Assembly (NCBI GenBank): GCA_963675515.1
Contig: OY776328.1
Location: forward strand, 1,380,001-1,412,000
Origin: Coprobacillaceae bacterium
GTDB lineage: Bacteria > Bacillota_I > Bacilli_A > Erysipelotrichales > Coprobacillaceae
DNA: 32,000 nt
Direction: 5' to 3'
Under the pieces are notes generated by a model. It saw only the letters and a list, made by a program, of their open reading frames with translations, searched no databases and was not told the DNA's origin. The translations under genes were made by a program, and so were the position numbers. This document shows positions 1 through 9,611 of this stretch, piece by piece. Each line of letters opens with the position of its first letter. Within the stretch, counting starts at the first letter, position 1.

Positions 1-1
1 T

Positions 2-1186
2 ATGGGTGTTTATAATTCTTGTGCATTGGACATTGGCAACATTGCATCTATGGATCAGTTCGCTTCAGGCGAGGTTGTGGTAGATGAAAAAGGGAATCCG
101 GTCGGGCTTTTAAAGGAAACTGCGCATATGAGTCTAAGCAAGCTGGTTTTGGTTCCTGATGACGTGTTGATGAAGGGGATTCAAAATGCGAATGCGATAA
201 TGCTCGAAAATGGCATAACTTCAGTTCACGATGCTGGAAGCTATGGAAAGACAGCGATGCGGCTGTTGCAAAAAGCAAGCAAGGAGAAAAAAATCCAGGT
301 TAAAGTCCGCCCGATGATATTTGATATGTATGGCAAGGAATCAAACATCGGTCTAATTGAAGATTACTTAAGAATGGGAATTCACACAAACTTCGGGGAT
401 GACCATTTTAATCTCGGTCCCATTAAAATAATGATGGATGGAAGCACAAGCGGTCCATCATGCGCAACAATCGAGCCATATTCCCATGACGAGAATTTAA
501 GAGGTATCCAGGTGTGGCAGCAGGAGGAAACGGATGTGGTTGTGTCCAAAGCCCATCACTGCGGTTTTCAAATGTCGGCTCATGCAGTAGGTGACAAGGC
601 TGTGACCGTCTTGCTCAACAGTTACGAAAAAGTATTAAAGGAGCAACCTAGAGATAATCACCGTCATCGGATTGAACATTGTGCGCTGACCAATGAATCA
701 ATACTTCAAAGGGTTAAGGATTATTCGATTGTTCCGGTATCCAACCCTGCATTTATTTCTCTCAATGCTCCCGATTACAACAGATTCTATGGCAATCGGG
801 TTAAACACATGTTTCCATTGAAGGATTATCTTGAAAGAGGAATCGTCACCGCTATTGGGTCCGATGCACCAGTTACGGAAGCCAATCCCATGTTCAGTTT
901 GTTTGGAGCAGTTAACCGCTGTGACGTCAAAACAAGGGAATTATGCGGAGAAAACCAGAAAGTCAGTGTTTTGGATGTCGTAAGAATGCTGACATATAAC
1001 GGAGCATACGCGGCATTCGAAGAAGATATCAAAGGCAGTCTTGAACCGGGAAAAATGGCGGACATTGTCATGCTTTCAAAAGATATTCTGGAATATCCCA
1101 AGGAAGATCTGATGAAGGTGAAAGTAATGCTGACAATGGCAGATGGTCAAATAGTTTATGAAAGTAGAAATTTAAGAGGTAAATAG
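2..1186 (+). CDS. Amidohydrolase-3 / YtcJ-like metal-dependent hydrolase; 5' end lies outside the window
   Basis: The frame is open from the window edge. The translation parallels the C-terminal two thirds of the paralogs at 2264-3916 and 5201-6360/9135-9611 (GITSVHDAG, IMMDGSTSGPS..EPYSHD, HAVGD, HRIEHC, GSDAPV, KGSLEPGKMADIV). The first Met aligns with the internal CCGHMGVYNS of paralog 3, so it is not the true start. Confidence 0.85.
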   Translation: MGVYNSCALDIGNIASMDQFASGEVVVDEKGNPVGLLKETAHMSLSKLVLVPDDVLMKGIQNANAIMLENGITSVHDAGSYGKTAMRLLQKASKEKKIQVKVRPMIFDMYGKESNIGLIEDYLRMGIHTNFGDDHFNLGPIKIMMDGSTSGPSCATIEPYSHDENLRGIQVWQQEETDVVVSKAHHCGFQMSAHAVGDKAVTVLLNSYEKVLKEQPRDNHRHRIEHCALTNESILQRVKDYSIVPVSNPAFISLNAPDYNRFYGNRVKHMFPLKDYLERGIVTAIGSDAPVTEANPMFSLFGAVNRCDVKTRELCGENQKVSVLDVVRMLTYNGAYAAFEEDIKGSLEPGKMADIVMLSKDILEYPKEDLMKVKVMLTMADGQIVYESRNLRGK

Positions 1187-2254
1187 ATGGAACTACCAAT
1201 CATTGAAGTGGAAGGTAATCCGCACAATATAGGATTTATGCATGGAAGCCTTGCAAAAGAGCAGATCGGTATCAACATTGAAATGTACAAAGCGATGTTC
1301 ATGGAATATGCGAATATATCATGGGAAGATGCAAAAAAGATCGCCAGGAGTTTTGAAAAATCAATCAACGACTTCAACCCCAAATTCATTCAAGAGATTC
1401 AGGGAATAGCTGAGGGCTCTGGATATGAATATGAAGAAATACTGGCGCTTAACGTAAGGAGTGAGCTGGTATTTCAGGGAACAAGTTTGACGATGGATGG
1501 CTGCACGTCATTGGCGATCACAGCCGACAGGACAGAAAACAATAAGAATTACATTGGTCAAAACTGGGACTGGAAGGTAAAAGTATCGGGCGGTGTGATT
1601 CTTTTGAAAATCAAACAGGACAATTTGCCGGATATTGCAACAATGACCGAAGCCGGGATTGTCGGTAAAATCGGCTGCAATTCGGCTGGAATCGGGCTGT
1701 GTTTCAATGCATTATCCATCAATGCGACACCTTATGGCGTTCCAATTCATATCGTCCTCCGGGCCATTTTGGAACAGGATGACTTCCTGAAAGCGATGAC
1801 GGTGGTATCTGGTACGCGAATCGGATGTCCGGCGAACATCATGATTGCCAGCAAATACGGGGAAGCGATCGATTTTGAAGTGGGCATCGATGATTTTGAC
1901 GCCATATATCCTACAGACGGAGTACTTACCCATACAAATCATTATAAGAGCATGAGAGTGCCAAAGTACAATCAAAATGACATTGCCAAATACAAGTTCC
2001 CGGACACATTTATCCGTCTGGGACGAGCCGATTATATTATCTCCAAGATACAAGGGCGCATTGCAACGGAGGATATGAAGAAGGTATTCACAAATCACAC
2101 CGATCCGAGTTCTTCGATTTGTCATCATGGCAAGCATCCTGACGATATCGGAACCATATTCAGCATAATAATGGACTTGAACGAAGACAAGTTCTATGTT
2201 TCTTTTGGCCAACCATGTCTGAACGAATTCAAGCTGTATTGTATAGCTAAATAA
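1187..2254 (+). CDS. Peptidase C45 family protein (acyl-CoA:6-aminopenicillanic-acid acyltransferase-like Ntn hydrolase)
   Basis: 355 aa. The ATG directly abuts the upstream stop (aaatagATG). The LTMDGCTSLA motif places a Gly-Cys autoprocessing site near residue 106, as in C45/IAT-type Ntn hydrolases. QNWDW and HTNHY blocks are typical of the family. Confidence 0.75.
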   Translation: MELPIIEVEGNPHNIGFMHGSLAKEQIGINIEMYKAMFMEYANISWEDAKKIARSFEKSINDFNPKFIQEIQGIAEGSGYEYEEILALNVRSELVFQGTSLTMDGCTSLAITADRTENNKNYIGQNWDWKVKVSGGVILLKIKQDNLPDIATMTEAGIVGKIGCNSAGIGLCFNALSINATPYGVPIHIVLRAILEQDDFLKAMTVVSGTRIGCPANIMIASKYGEAIDFEVGIDDFDAIYPTDGVLTHTNHYKSMRVPKYNQNDIAKYKFPDTFIRLGRADYIISKIQGRIATEDMKKVFTNHTDPSSSICHHGKHPDDIGTIFSIIMDLNEDKFYVSFGQPCLNEFKLYCIAK

Positions 2255-2263
2255 GGGGGATTT

Positions 2264-3916
2264 ATGCATATGAAATTTGATAAGACCTATATTGATGTTG
2301 CGTTTATTAACGGGAGTGTCATTACTGTAAACGACAGCGATGAAATAGCACAGGCAGTAGGAATCAAGAACAATAGAATAGTTTTTGTAGGCAGCGATGA
2401 GCAGCTCAAGGAGCTCACAGACGGTAATACGAAAATTGTCGATTTGCAGGGTAGGACATTGATGCCCGGGCTGATTGATTCCCATTTCCATCCACTTTTC
2501 AAAGGTCTTCTAGGAAATGAAGTTGAGTCTTCGATCATTAACATTGACACATCTCAGTGCAAAAGTATCAAAGAAATGCTTGAATTGTTCAAGAAAGCTG
2601 TGAAAAACAAAAAACCTGGCGAATGGGTATCTTCCCTGGGTTATGAACCTAAATATCTTGAAGAAGGCAGACATCCAACCTTGGAAGAACTGGATAAGGT
2701 GGCTCCGGATAATCCGGTTCAGTGCCTTCATGTGTCTGGCCATATCGGGATATACAATTCCAAAGCACTTGAAACAATCGATGTTTACACAGTGGATGAT
2801 ATAAATAAGTATCCAAAGGATGAAATAGAAATTAAGGATGGCAGATTGACCGGTCTTACCAGAGAAAACACCTGCTTCCTTTTATGGTCCAAAGTGGCGT
2901 ACACTGAGGAACAACAAAAAAGTGCGGCCTTGAAATCACAGGAGCAGCTTTTGGAAAACGGGATCACTTCGATCCATGACTGCGGCGCTTTCGATGCACC
3001 ATCTTATCACCTTATGATGAAGCTTTGCAGGAGTGGCGAATTCAAAATCAGGGATTACATGTTCCTGCACAGCATCTATGGAAAACCATATTCACATCAG
3101 GATAATGAGCACTGGTTGAGCCTGGGTCTGATGAGCGGCCTGGGAGATGAACATTTCAAGATCGGTGGCTGCAAATTCATGATTGATGGTGGCAGTGGTG
3201 CGCCTTCAAGCGCCTGCAGGGAGCCATATTCCCATGATCCGGAACTTCCGGGCATCCTGGGATGGGAACGGGAAGAAACAGCCAGATATATTGCGAAGAT
3301 AAATGACGCGGAGTGTCAGGCAGCCTCGCATGCAATGGGCGATCTGGCAATCGAATACATGGTCGAAGGCTATGAAAAGGCGTTTGAAACAAGTGCAAGG
3401 CCGGATCTTAGACACCGGATCGAGCACTGCATGGTTGTCGATCAGGATCTGGTTGACCGAATGGCCAAAATGAACATCTGTCCGACAATCAACTCGGGAA
3501 TGATCACATTCCAAGGAAAGAAATATGCCCAAATATACGGCGAAAAGAGAAGCGAATACATTATCGCACTTAGAAGCATGTTGGACGCGGGAATGAAACC
3601 TTCTATTGCCAGCGACGCCCCGTCGGGACCGATGGGGTTCAGTGTCATTGATGGCGCTGTCAATCGCTATGATTATAAAGGGAATTACCAGTTTGACCGC
3701 ACCCAGGCGATCACTCTTTTGGAGGCAATCCGATGTGCAACATTGCATGGTGCGTATTCATCTTACGAAGATAAGATCAAGGGAAGTATCGAATGTGGGA
3801 AACTTGCTGACTTGATCGTGTTGGATCAGGACATAATGGCAATGGATACCATGGAAATCAGAAATGTAAAAGTTGATATGACAATGATAGATGGCGAATT
3901 CTGCTTTGAAAGATAA
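2264..3916 (+). CDS. Amidohydrolase-3 / YtcJ-like metal-dependent hydrolase (full length, 550 aa)
   Basis: RBS aaggggga lies upstream of the ATG. N-terminal LMPGLIDSHFHP (HxH metal motif), then FMIDGGSGAPS..EPYSHD, HAMGD, HRIEHC, ASDAPSGP and KGSIECGKLADLIVLD. More diverged paralog of the genes at 2-1186 and 5201. Confidence 0.85.
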   Translation: MHMKFDKTYIDVAFINGSVITVNDSDEIAQAVGIKNNRIVFVGSDEQLKELTDGNTKIVDLQGRTLMPGLIDSHFHPLFKGLLGNEVESSIINIDTSQCKSIKEMLELFKKAVKNKKPGEWVSSLGYEPKYLEEGRHPTLEELDKVAPDNPVQCLHVSGHIGIYNSKALETIDVYTVDDINKYPKDEIEIKDGRLTGLTRENTCFLLWSKVAYTEEQQKSAALKSQEQLLENGITSIHDCGAFDAPSYHLMMKLCRSGEFKIRDYMFLHSIYGKPYSHQDNEHWLSLGLMSGLGDEHFKIGGCKFMIDGGSGAPSSACREPYSHDPELPGILGWEREETARYIAKINDAECQAASHAMGDLAIEYMVEGYEKAFETSARPDLRHRIEHCMVVDQDLVDRMAKMNICPTINSGMITFQGKKYAQIYGEKRSEYIIALRSMLDAGMKPSIASDAPSGPMGFSVIDGAVNRYDYKGNYQFDRTQAITLLEAIRCATLHGAYSSYEDKIKGSIECGKLADLIVLDQDIMAMDTMEIRNVKVDMTMIDGEFCFER

Positions 3917-3951
3917 TGGGTGAATGAGCAAAAATTTAAAGGAGCGGGGAA

Positions 3952-5181
3952 ATGATGGCATATAAATGCGATGAAGCAAGAATGGAAGACAAGATCAGGA
4001 CATTTTCGAGATTTGGAGATACGGGTGCAGGTGGAATCACGCGCTTGTCGCTCTCAAAGGAAGCTCTTAAAGCAAGAGATGAGCTGGTAAAGAGATGTAA
4101 GGAATTGGGATTGAAAATCAAAACCGATGATATGGCCAATATATACGCCACTTTGCCAGGAAGTGAAGATCTGCCGGCAATTGTATCAGGGTCGCATATG
4201 GATTCAGTACGTTGTGGTGGAAACTACGATGGAATTCTAGGGGTGTTGACTCCCCTGGAGGCGATCGAAACAATCGTAAAAGAGAAAATTCCTCATCGCC
4301 ATCCAATCACCCTGATGGTCTGGACCAATGAAGAGGGGGCGCGTTTCGAGCCGGCGATGATGTCTTCGGGCGTGCTCACCGGTAAGTTTGACTTGGAAAC
4401 GATGCTCAAGTCCACGGACGAGGAAGGATGCACATTTGAAGAAGCGCTGGAGGCTTCGGGTTACCGGGGATCCAGTGAAAACCGATTGAATGCAAAGGAT
4501 TATTGTGCGGCAATCGAGTTGCATATTGAACAGGGACCGGTGTTGGAAAGTGAAGGGATTGATATAGGTGTTGTCGAGGGAGTTTGTGGCATGGTGAACT
4601 ATGAGTTCACATTCCTTGGCCAGGCAGGACATGCCGGGACAACTCCGATGCCATACCGTAAGGATTCCCTATATGCGGCGGTTAAGACAATTCAATATCT
4701 TCATGATGAATTTGACAAGCTTGATTCAAAACTTGTCTATACGACAGGTAAGATTTCAGCTCATCCAAACATCCATACGGTCATTCCGGATGTTGTGAAA
4801 TTCACCGTTGATGTCAGACATCAAGAACCTGAAGTGATCAAACAGGTGGTGGCAATCATCGAGGCGTTGCCCTTAGAGGTTGAAAAGTGCAAGGCTTCAT
4901 TTGAATTGGCTTGGTCACGGGATACGGTTCATTTTGCGCAAGACCTGGTTGATTGTGTGGAAGAAAGCGCGAAGGAGCTAGGACTTAGCAATATAAGAAT
5001 GTATTCGGGACCGGGTCACGATGCGCAATTTTTGTGTGAACTGATTCCGACATCGATGATCTTTGTTCCATCAATCGGGGGACATAGTCACTGCGAAATA
5101 GAAGAAACCACAGTGGAAGACTGCACAAACGGGGCTTCGGTATTGCTGAATGCGATGCTTAAAATTGATGCGATATATTAA
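3952..5181 (+). CDS. M20-family Zn-dependent amidase (N-carbamoyl-L-amino-acid / allantoate / beta-ureidopropionate amidohydrolase type)
   Basis: 409 aa with RBS aaaggagcgggg. GSHMDSVRCGGNYDGILGV, WTNEEGARF and GPGHDAQ are the characteristic blocks of the AmaB/AllC/HyuC M20 subgroup. Confidence 0.8.
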   Translation: MMAYKCDEARMEDKIRTFSRFGDTGAGGITRLSLSKEALKARDELVKRCKELGLKIKTDDMANIYATLPGSEDLPAIVSGSHMDSVRCGGNYDGILGVLTPLEAIETIVKEKIPHRHPITLMVWTNEEGARFEPAMMSSGVLTGKFDLETMLKSTDEEGCTFEEALEASGYRGSSENRLNAKDYCAAIELHIEQGPVLESEGIDIGVVEGVCGMVNYEFTFLGQAGHAGTTPMPYRKDSLYAAVKTIQYLHDEFDKLDSKLVYTTGKISAHPNIHTVIPDVVKFTVDVRHQEPEVIKQVVAIIEALPLEVEKCKASFELAWSRDTVHFAQDLVDCVEESAKELGLSNIRMYSGPGHDAQFLCELIPTSMIFVPSIGGHSHCEIEETTVEDCTNGASVLLNAMLKIDAIY

Positions 5182-5200
5182 TTTTTTGGGAGATGGAAGG

Positions 5201-6360
5201 ATGGAAGAATACAGACAATATGCAGACAAGGTGTTCGTCAATGGCAGGGTGCTCACAGTCAACGACACGGATGATGTAGTTGAAGCAGTGGCGATCAAAG
5301 GGAAATCCATCATAGCCGTTGGCAAGGAAACTGAAATCGAGAAATACATCAATCATGAAACAACTGTGATTGACCTTAAAGGAAGGAGTCTTGTACCGGG
5401 ATTCATAGACTCCCACATGCATTTCATGATGTATAGCTTGTTCTATAAAGCCACCATCGACATTGCCTACGATAAGGTCCAGTCGGTTGAAGGAATCAAG
5501 AAATTCATAAAAGAAGCGGTAGGTAATAAAAAACCCGGCGAATGGATCTGCTTATGGGGATATGACCATAACAAGCTATTGGAAAAACGGCACCCCACAA
5601 TCGAGGATCTGGATGAAGTGGCACCCGACAATCCGGTCCAATGTGTAAGATGCTGCGGCCATATGGGGGTATATAACTCCAGGGCATTTGAAATCGGTAA
5701 AATCACAAGTCCTGACCAATATGAGCCCGGTGAAGTTGTCGTTGATGAAAACGGGCAAATTACCGGATTGTTGAAGGAAACCCCTAACGATATCCTATGG
5801 AGTTATATCAAATACTCCGATGAGGAAATCATGGAGGGTTATAGGGCATTTGGCCAACTGATGCTCAAGTCGGGAATTACAAGCATTCATGATGCTGGAA
5901 CATATGGAGCCCAATATATCAAGGTTCTTCAGGATGTGATAATGGATGGGACCTTCCCGGTAAAAATGTATGCGATAATCTACAATGTTCTGGGCAAGGA
6001 ACACAGCAAGGAATGGATATATGATTTTATCAAAACAGGTATTCATACGGGAATGGGCAATGAACATTTCAAAATAGGTGCCGCCAAAATACTGTTGGAT
6101 GGAAGCTCCAGTGGCCCTTCAAGCGCGACCAGAGAGCCTTATTCCCATGATCCTGAGCTCAAGGGGCTATTGAACTGGAAACAAGAAGAGATCAATGAGA
6201 TATTCTTGGACGCCCAAAAGGCAGGTTTTCAATTGACCGCCCATGCAGTTGGCGATATGGCGGTTGAACAGGCTATCAATGGAATCGAGTACGCTTTGGA
6301 ACATTGTCCCAAGGAAAATCACCGCAACCGGATTGAGCATTGTGGAATCATCGATGAATC
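5201..6360 (+). pseudogene. 5' part of a third YtcJ-like amidohydrolase gene, interrupted by IS66 insertion
   Basis: Start taken at ATG 5201 (MEEYRQY..) behind RBS gggagatggaagg. The frame carries DSHMHF, CCGHMGVYNS, ILLDGSSSGPS..EPYSHD, HAVGD and HRNRIEHCGIIDES, then runs straight into the IS66 terminal repeat GTAAGCG at 6361. Confidence 0.9.
6353..6360. repeat. 8-bp target-site duplication GATGAATC (left copy) of IS66 copy 1
   Basis: The same octamer recurs at 9135-9142, immediately outside the other IS end. Confidence 0.9.
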
Positions 6361-6424
6361 GTAAGCGTCAAATAGAGCGGTGGAAGAATATTCTGATGCA
6401 AGGAAAAAGGAATCCGCGGACAAT

Positions 6425-8230
6425 TTATTTCTGTCTTTGGATTCCTTTTTTAAGTTCTTTGATTTCTTTGGCCGTCAGTTGGCGCAAATATTTGGGCAGG
6501 TCCTTGTTGTATGGTAATAGCTTTCTGATTTCGACCTCATCACTTGGATCGATGCTTGGTAATCTTTCCAATACGTACTCCATGTACATGTATGCTGACA
6601 ACCCATTCTCTTCGGCACTAAGTAGTAACGAGTAAATGATTGCCGCAGCTTGGGCTCCTTTGGGGCTGGTATAGAACTTGCAGCGATTTCTAGATACCAC
6701 AAATGGTCTGATAACTCTCTCGGCGCTTGAATTGTCGAACGGAACTTTTGGATTATTGAATACTTCACGGAATTCCTTCTCATGGTTCAATTCGTAATTA
6801 ATTGCCTTGATCAACGTAGGTTTCATATTCACTTCAGGTAGCAAGATTATTTCTTTAAGGTACGCTAAAAAATTGTCATAAATAGGCTTTACGATATCAT
6901 TTCGGCCCTTATGAACATACTCAAAATATTTAACTGGATTTTTGCCGTGTTTTGACTTAGCGGTCGTTTCAATCTTGTTTTTTGCTTCGAATATTTTCTG
7001 GTAATAACGATAGCACGTATATTCGTAACTTTTGCTTTTATCACTACCTTTTGGCAATACCTCAAGGGCTTTACGGAAATAACGGAAGGCGTGGACGTGG
7101 CAAAAACAGTTGGTGACATTATCAAGGGCCTCGTAGGCCCCATATGCATCGGTTACCAGGTAGTTCGAATAATCTCCGATGAAATCTTCGACAACACGTT
7201 TTGAGCGAGTGGGATCATAACGATATAAGATGATCGGCACATCATATTGGCAGGTTCTTACCACCCACATGTAGGATTTACTTTGAGCCGTCTTGCCCTC
7301 TTCATTTAAAATTTGGGTCGTGGTTTCGTCGCAGTGTATCACATTCATGGCCAACAGATCCTTGCGCATGCATTCGAACAGTAAACCCAGATGTACCGAG
7401 GCTTTAATCATCCAATTGGCCATATTTTGTCTAGGGATGACAACATCATTCTCCAGGAATCGTTTTTCCTGAGCGGCCAGGGGCAAACCCTTCAAATATT
7501 TCATATCCATTATATTCGCAATCAGCGAAGGTGAAGCAATGCTCCCCTTGATGACAGGTTGTCTGCCCGGAACTCTTTTATAAGATGACTTGCCGTCCAG
7601 GTTATGTTCCTGGCAAGCAACACATTCGTATACTGGAGTACGGTATATATTCATTTCCACTTTGGCTGGGGTATAGACGAGTTCCTTTCTTTCATCGTAC
7701 TTTTTTATTTTCATGGTTGTACCACAAAGGTCGCAGACATCGAAATTTTCTGGTGTCGGCTCGTCAATGATATTGGTTTTTAGGTGATCGTAGTTAATGT
7801 GCTTTTCTTTAGGGATTCTTACTTTTCTTTTGTACCCTTTGATTTCCTTGACTTCTATTTCTTCAGTCTCAGTTACCACACCAAAATCGATACCAATCAG
7901 ACTGAAAAGGTCGGGACCTTGATTGTATTCTTTTATATTATTTCTCTGAGAGGAATATCTGGCGTTTTCTAATATCTTTATATATTCGTTTTTCTGTTGC
8001 AGTTCCAATTTGCGTTCGTTGATTTCACTAATCAGCTTCTTATTTTCGGCAATCAAAGTCTTTTCTTTAGCAGTGAATTTCTTTTCTTTGGCAGCCAACA
8101 GCTCATTTTCTTTGATAAGTTTAACTTTTGAAATACGGTCGGATTCGATTTTCTCACAAAGCTCTTTTTCTCTATTTTTGAAAGCAGCAATCAGCTCTTC
8201 TTTAGACATATTTTCCATCAGCTTTATCAT
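6425..8230 (-). CDS. tnpC: IS66-family DDE transposase TnpC
   Basis: Start placed at MIKLMENMSK, behind gaggtgg, rather than at the longest-ORF start 8266. N-terminal coiled-coil-like Lys/Glu-rich region, CDLCG..CVACQ zinc-finger-like pair, HCDETT and TDAYGAY blocks. Confidence 0.85.
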   Translation of the reverse strand: MIKLMENMSKEELIAAFKNREKELCEKIESDRISKVKLIKENELLAAKEKKFTAKEKTLIAENKKLISEINERKLELQQKNEYIKILENARYSSQRNNIKEYNQGPDLFSLIGIDFGVVTETEEIEVKEIKGYKRKVRIPKEKHINYDHLKTNIIDEPTPENFDVCDLCGTTMKIKKYDERKELVYTPAKVEMNIYRTPVYECVACQEHNLDGKSSYKRVPGRQPVIKGSIASPSLIANIMDMKYLKGLPLAAQEKRFLENDVVIPRQNMANWMIKASVHLGLLFECMRKDLLAMNVIHCDETTTQILNEEGKTAQSKSYMWVVRTCQYDVPIILYRYDPTRSKRVVEDFIGDYSNYLVTDAYGAYEALDNVTNCFCHVHAFRYFRKALEVLPKGSDKSKSYEYTCYRYYQKIFEAKNKIETTAKSKHGKNPVKYFEYVHKGRNDIVKPIYDNFLAYLKEIILLPEVNMKPTLIKAINYELNHEKEFREVFNNPKVPFDNSSAERVIRPFVVSRNRCKFYTSPKGAQAAAIIYSLLLSAEENGLSAYMYMEYVLERLPSIDPSDEVEIRKLLPYNKDLPKYLRQLTAKEIKELKKGIQRQK

Positions 8231-8375
8231 CGAAATCCACCTCGTTTCTCTTTGAGAGTATACCATAAAAATGGCTGTAAGTCTTGATTTTACGGCAATT
8301 TCTTAAAGATGTGAATAACTTAAAAAGATATAAAAGAAACCCACAAATTATTGTGAATTACTCCTATATCTTTCG

Positions 8376-8735
8376 CTAAATTATTACTGAAATATCCTTG
8401 AACGCCCGCTTTTGTTCAATCTCCAGACCATCAAGCAGCCAGTTTAGCTGCCGCAAGTCAACGGTCATCGAGCTGATCTCATCTTGGGCCTTGGGCCAAT
8501 AGAATCGATCAGTGTTCAACAGCTTCTTGGAGTGGATGACAAAACCGTTTTTATCAAACTCCAACATCTTGATTGTCCGCTTGTTCCGGCTACAAAATAT
8601 GTAGAGATTATTGGCGGTTGGATCCAGGTAAAGATTGTGGCTCACCATGGCGCTCAATCCCGCATAACTTTTTCTTAAATCCGTTGCTCCGGGTACCAGA
8701 TAGATATTGTCGAAGTCCTCAAATTTAATCTTCAT
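8376..8735 (-). CDS. tnpB: IS66 Orf2 accessory protein (IS66-type TnpB; unrelated to IS605 TnpB)
   Basis: 119 aa. Overlaps the tnpA stop by 11 nt. The protein sequence is identical in both IS copies. Confidence 0.8.
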   Translation of the reverse strand: MKIKFEDFDNIYLVPGATDLRKSYAGLSAMVSHNLYLDPTANNLYIFCSRNKRTIKMLEFDKNGFVIHSKKLLNTDRFYWPKAQDEISSMTVDLRQLNWLLDGLEIEQKRAFKDISVII

Positions 8736-9057
8736 CGAGCAACCTGATAAGCTTGGCCAAAGTCACCAAATCCGTTGAATCATCAACTTTGATGCAGGCT
8801 TTACCGATGACGATTTCAAAACCATCATTCCGGATAGTTGGAACGCAGTCGACTAAGCTAAGTTTTACCAGCGGGCTGTTGACTTCGTTGGCATATTCGC
8901 TTACCCTGGATCTTTTCCGATACGGCTTCGAATATTTGTGGTAGCAAAAGGCATTAAAAGAAACGTCATTGGCTAAGCACCATTTCTTGATTGGTAAATC
9001 ACTATTGGCGGCATCTTCGAAAAACTGATGCCACTGGTCCTGAGAATATTGATTCAT
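8725..9057 (-). CDS. tnpA: IS66 Orf1 accessory protein TnpA
   Basis: Start placed at MNQYSQDQW, behind ggaggtg. First gene of the IS66 three-gene unit. Confidence 0.75.
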   Translation of the reverse strand: MNQYSQDQWHQFFEDAANSDLPIKKWCLANDVSFNAFCYHKYSKPYRKRSRVSEYANEVNSPLVKLSLVDCVPTIRNDGFEIVIGKACIKVDDSTDLVTLAKLIRLLDED

Positions 9058-9134
9058 ATCACACCTCCAAGTTGATGTGATCATTGTATCAACAAAAAGA
9101 AAGGAATCCTACCACCGCTCTATTTGGCGCGTAC

Positions 9135-9142
9135 GATGAATC
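9135..9142. repeat. 8-bp target-site duplication GATGAATC (right copy) of IS66 copy 1
   Basis: Directly follows the IS end ..GGCGCGTAC (9134) and is identical to 6353-6360. Confidence 0.9.
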
Positions 9143-9611
9143 ACTGGCCAGAAGAATCAAGGATTTGGGGATAATACCTATTTCAAATCCGGGTTTTTTA
9201 ACCATTAACGGCAGTGACTATAACACCTTTTATGGGGATAGGGTAAATTACATGTTTGCCACAAAAACCTATAAGGAAAATGGCATCATCACCGCGTTTG
9301 GTTCGGATTGCAGCGTTATAAATGAGAATCCGATGATCGGGCTATATGGAGCTATCACCAGGAAAGATATGGCAACAGGTGATATTTGTGGTGAGTCACA
9401 GAAAATAAGTCTCCTGGATGCGATCAGGTGCTACACCTATAATGGTGCCTATGCGAGCTTCGAAGAAAAGATCAAAGGTTCGATCGAGGTTGGCAAAGTG
9501 GCTGACTTGGTCGTGCTGTCCGAAGATATCTTGCAAATAGACAAGGAAAGCATAAAGGATGTAAAGGTCGATATGACAATCATCGATGGGAATATCCTTT
9601 ACAAAAGGTGA
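9135..9611 (+). pseudogene. 3' part of the IS66-split amidohydrolase gene
   Basis: After one TSD copy is removed, the frame continues ..IEHCGIIDES|LARRIKDLGIIPISNPGF... This parallels IEHCALTNESILQRVKDYSIVPVSNPAF in the paralog at 2-1186. C-terminal blocks GSDCSV and KGSIEVGKVADLVVLS are present. Confidence 0.9.

Larger units (their letters stand above)
6361..9134 (-). mobile_element. IS66-family insertion sequence, copy 1 (2774 bp; tnpA-tnpB-tnpC on the minus strand)
   Basis: The ends read GTAAGCGTCAAATAGAGCGGTGG (6361-) and, reverse-complemented at 9134, GTACGCGCCAAATAGAGCGGTGG. These are imperfect terminal IRs starting with the IS66-typical GTAAGCG/GTACGCG. Three-ORF IS66 organisation, 8-bp TSD, and near-identical to 26629-29402. 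Confidence 0.92.

Noticed and set aside
1712-2491. Long antisense ORFs overlapping well-supported genes (e.g. 1712-2491-, 3206-3748-, 4237-4632-, 17711-18412-, 20262-20723-, 21078-21815-, 23511-24032-, 23978-24415-, 25554-25868-)
   Set aside because: They lie entirely within and opposite to genes with clear family motifs. They have no RBS and low-complexity or odd composition. These are typical shadow ORFs.
6243-6635. ORFs 6243-6635 (+) and 29128-29553 (-) that share an identical 87-residue C-terminal stretch (RQIERWKNILMQGKRNPRTIYFCLWIP..)
   Set aside because: The shared part is simply the antisense read-through of the IS66 end in each copy, fused to unrelated flanking sequence. It is not an independent gene.
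9084-9134. The N-terminus MYQQKERNPTTALFGAY of ORF 9084-9611, as a genuine start of a 175-aa protein
   Set aside because: These codons are the IS66 terminal inverted repeat. The real reading frame is the 3' half of the split amidohydrolase, beginning at the TSD (9135).
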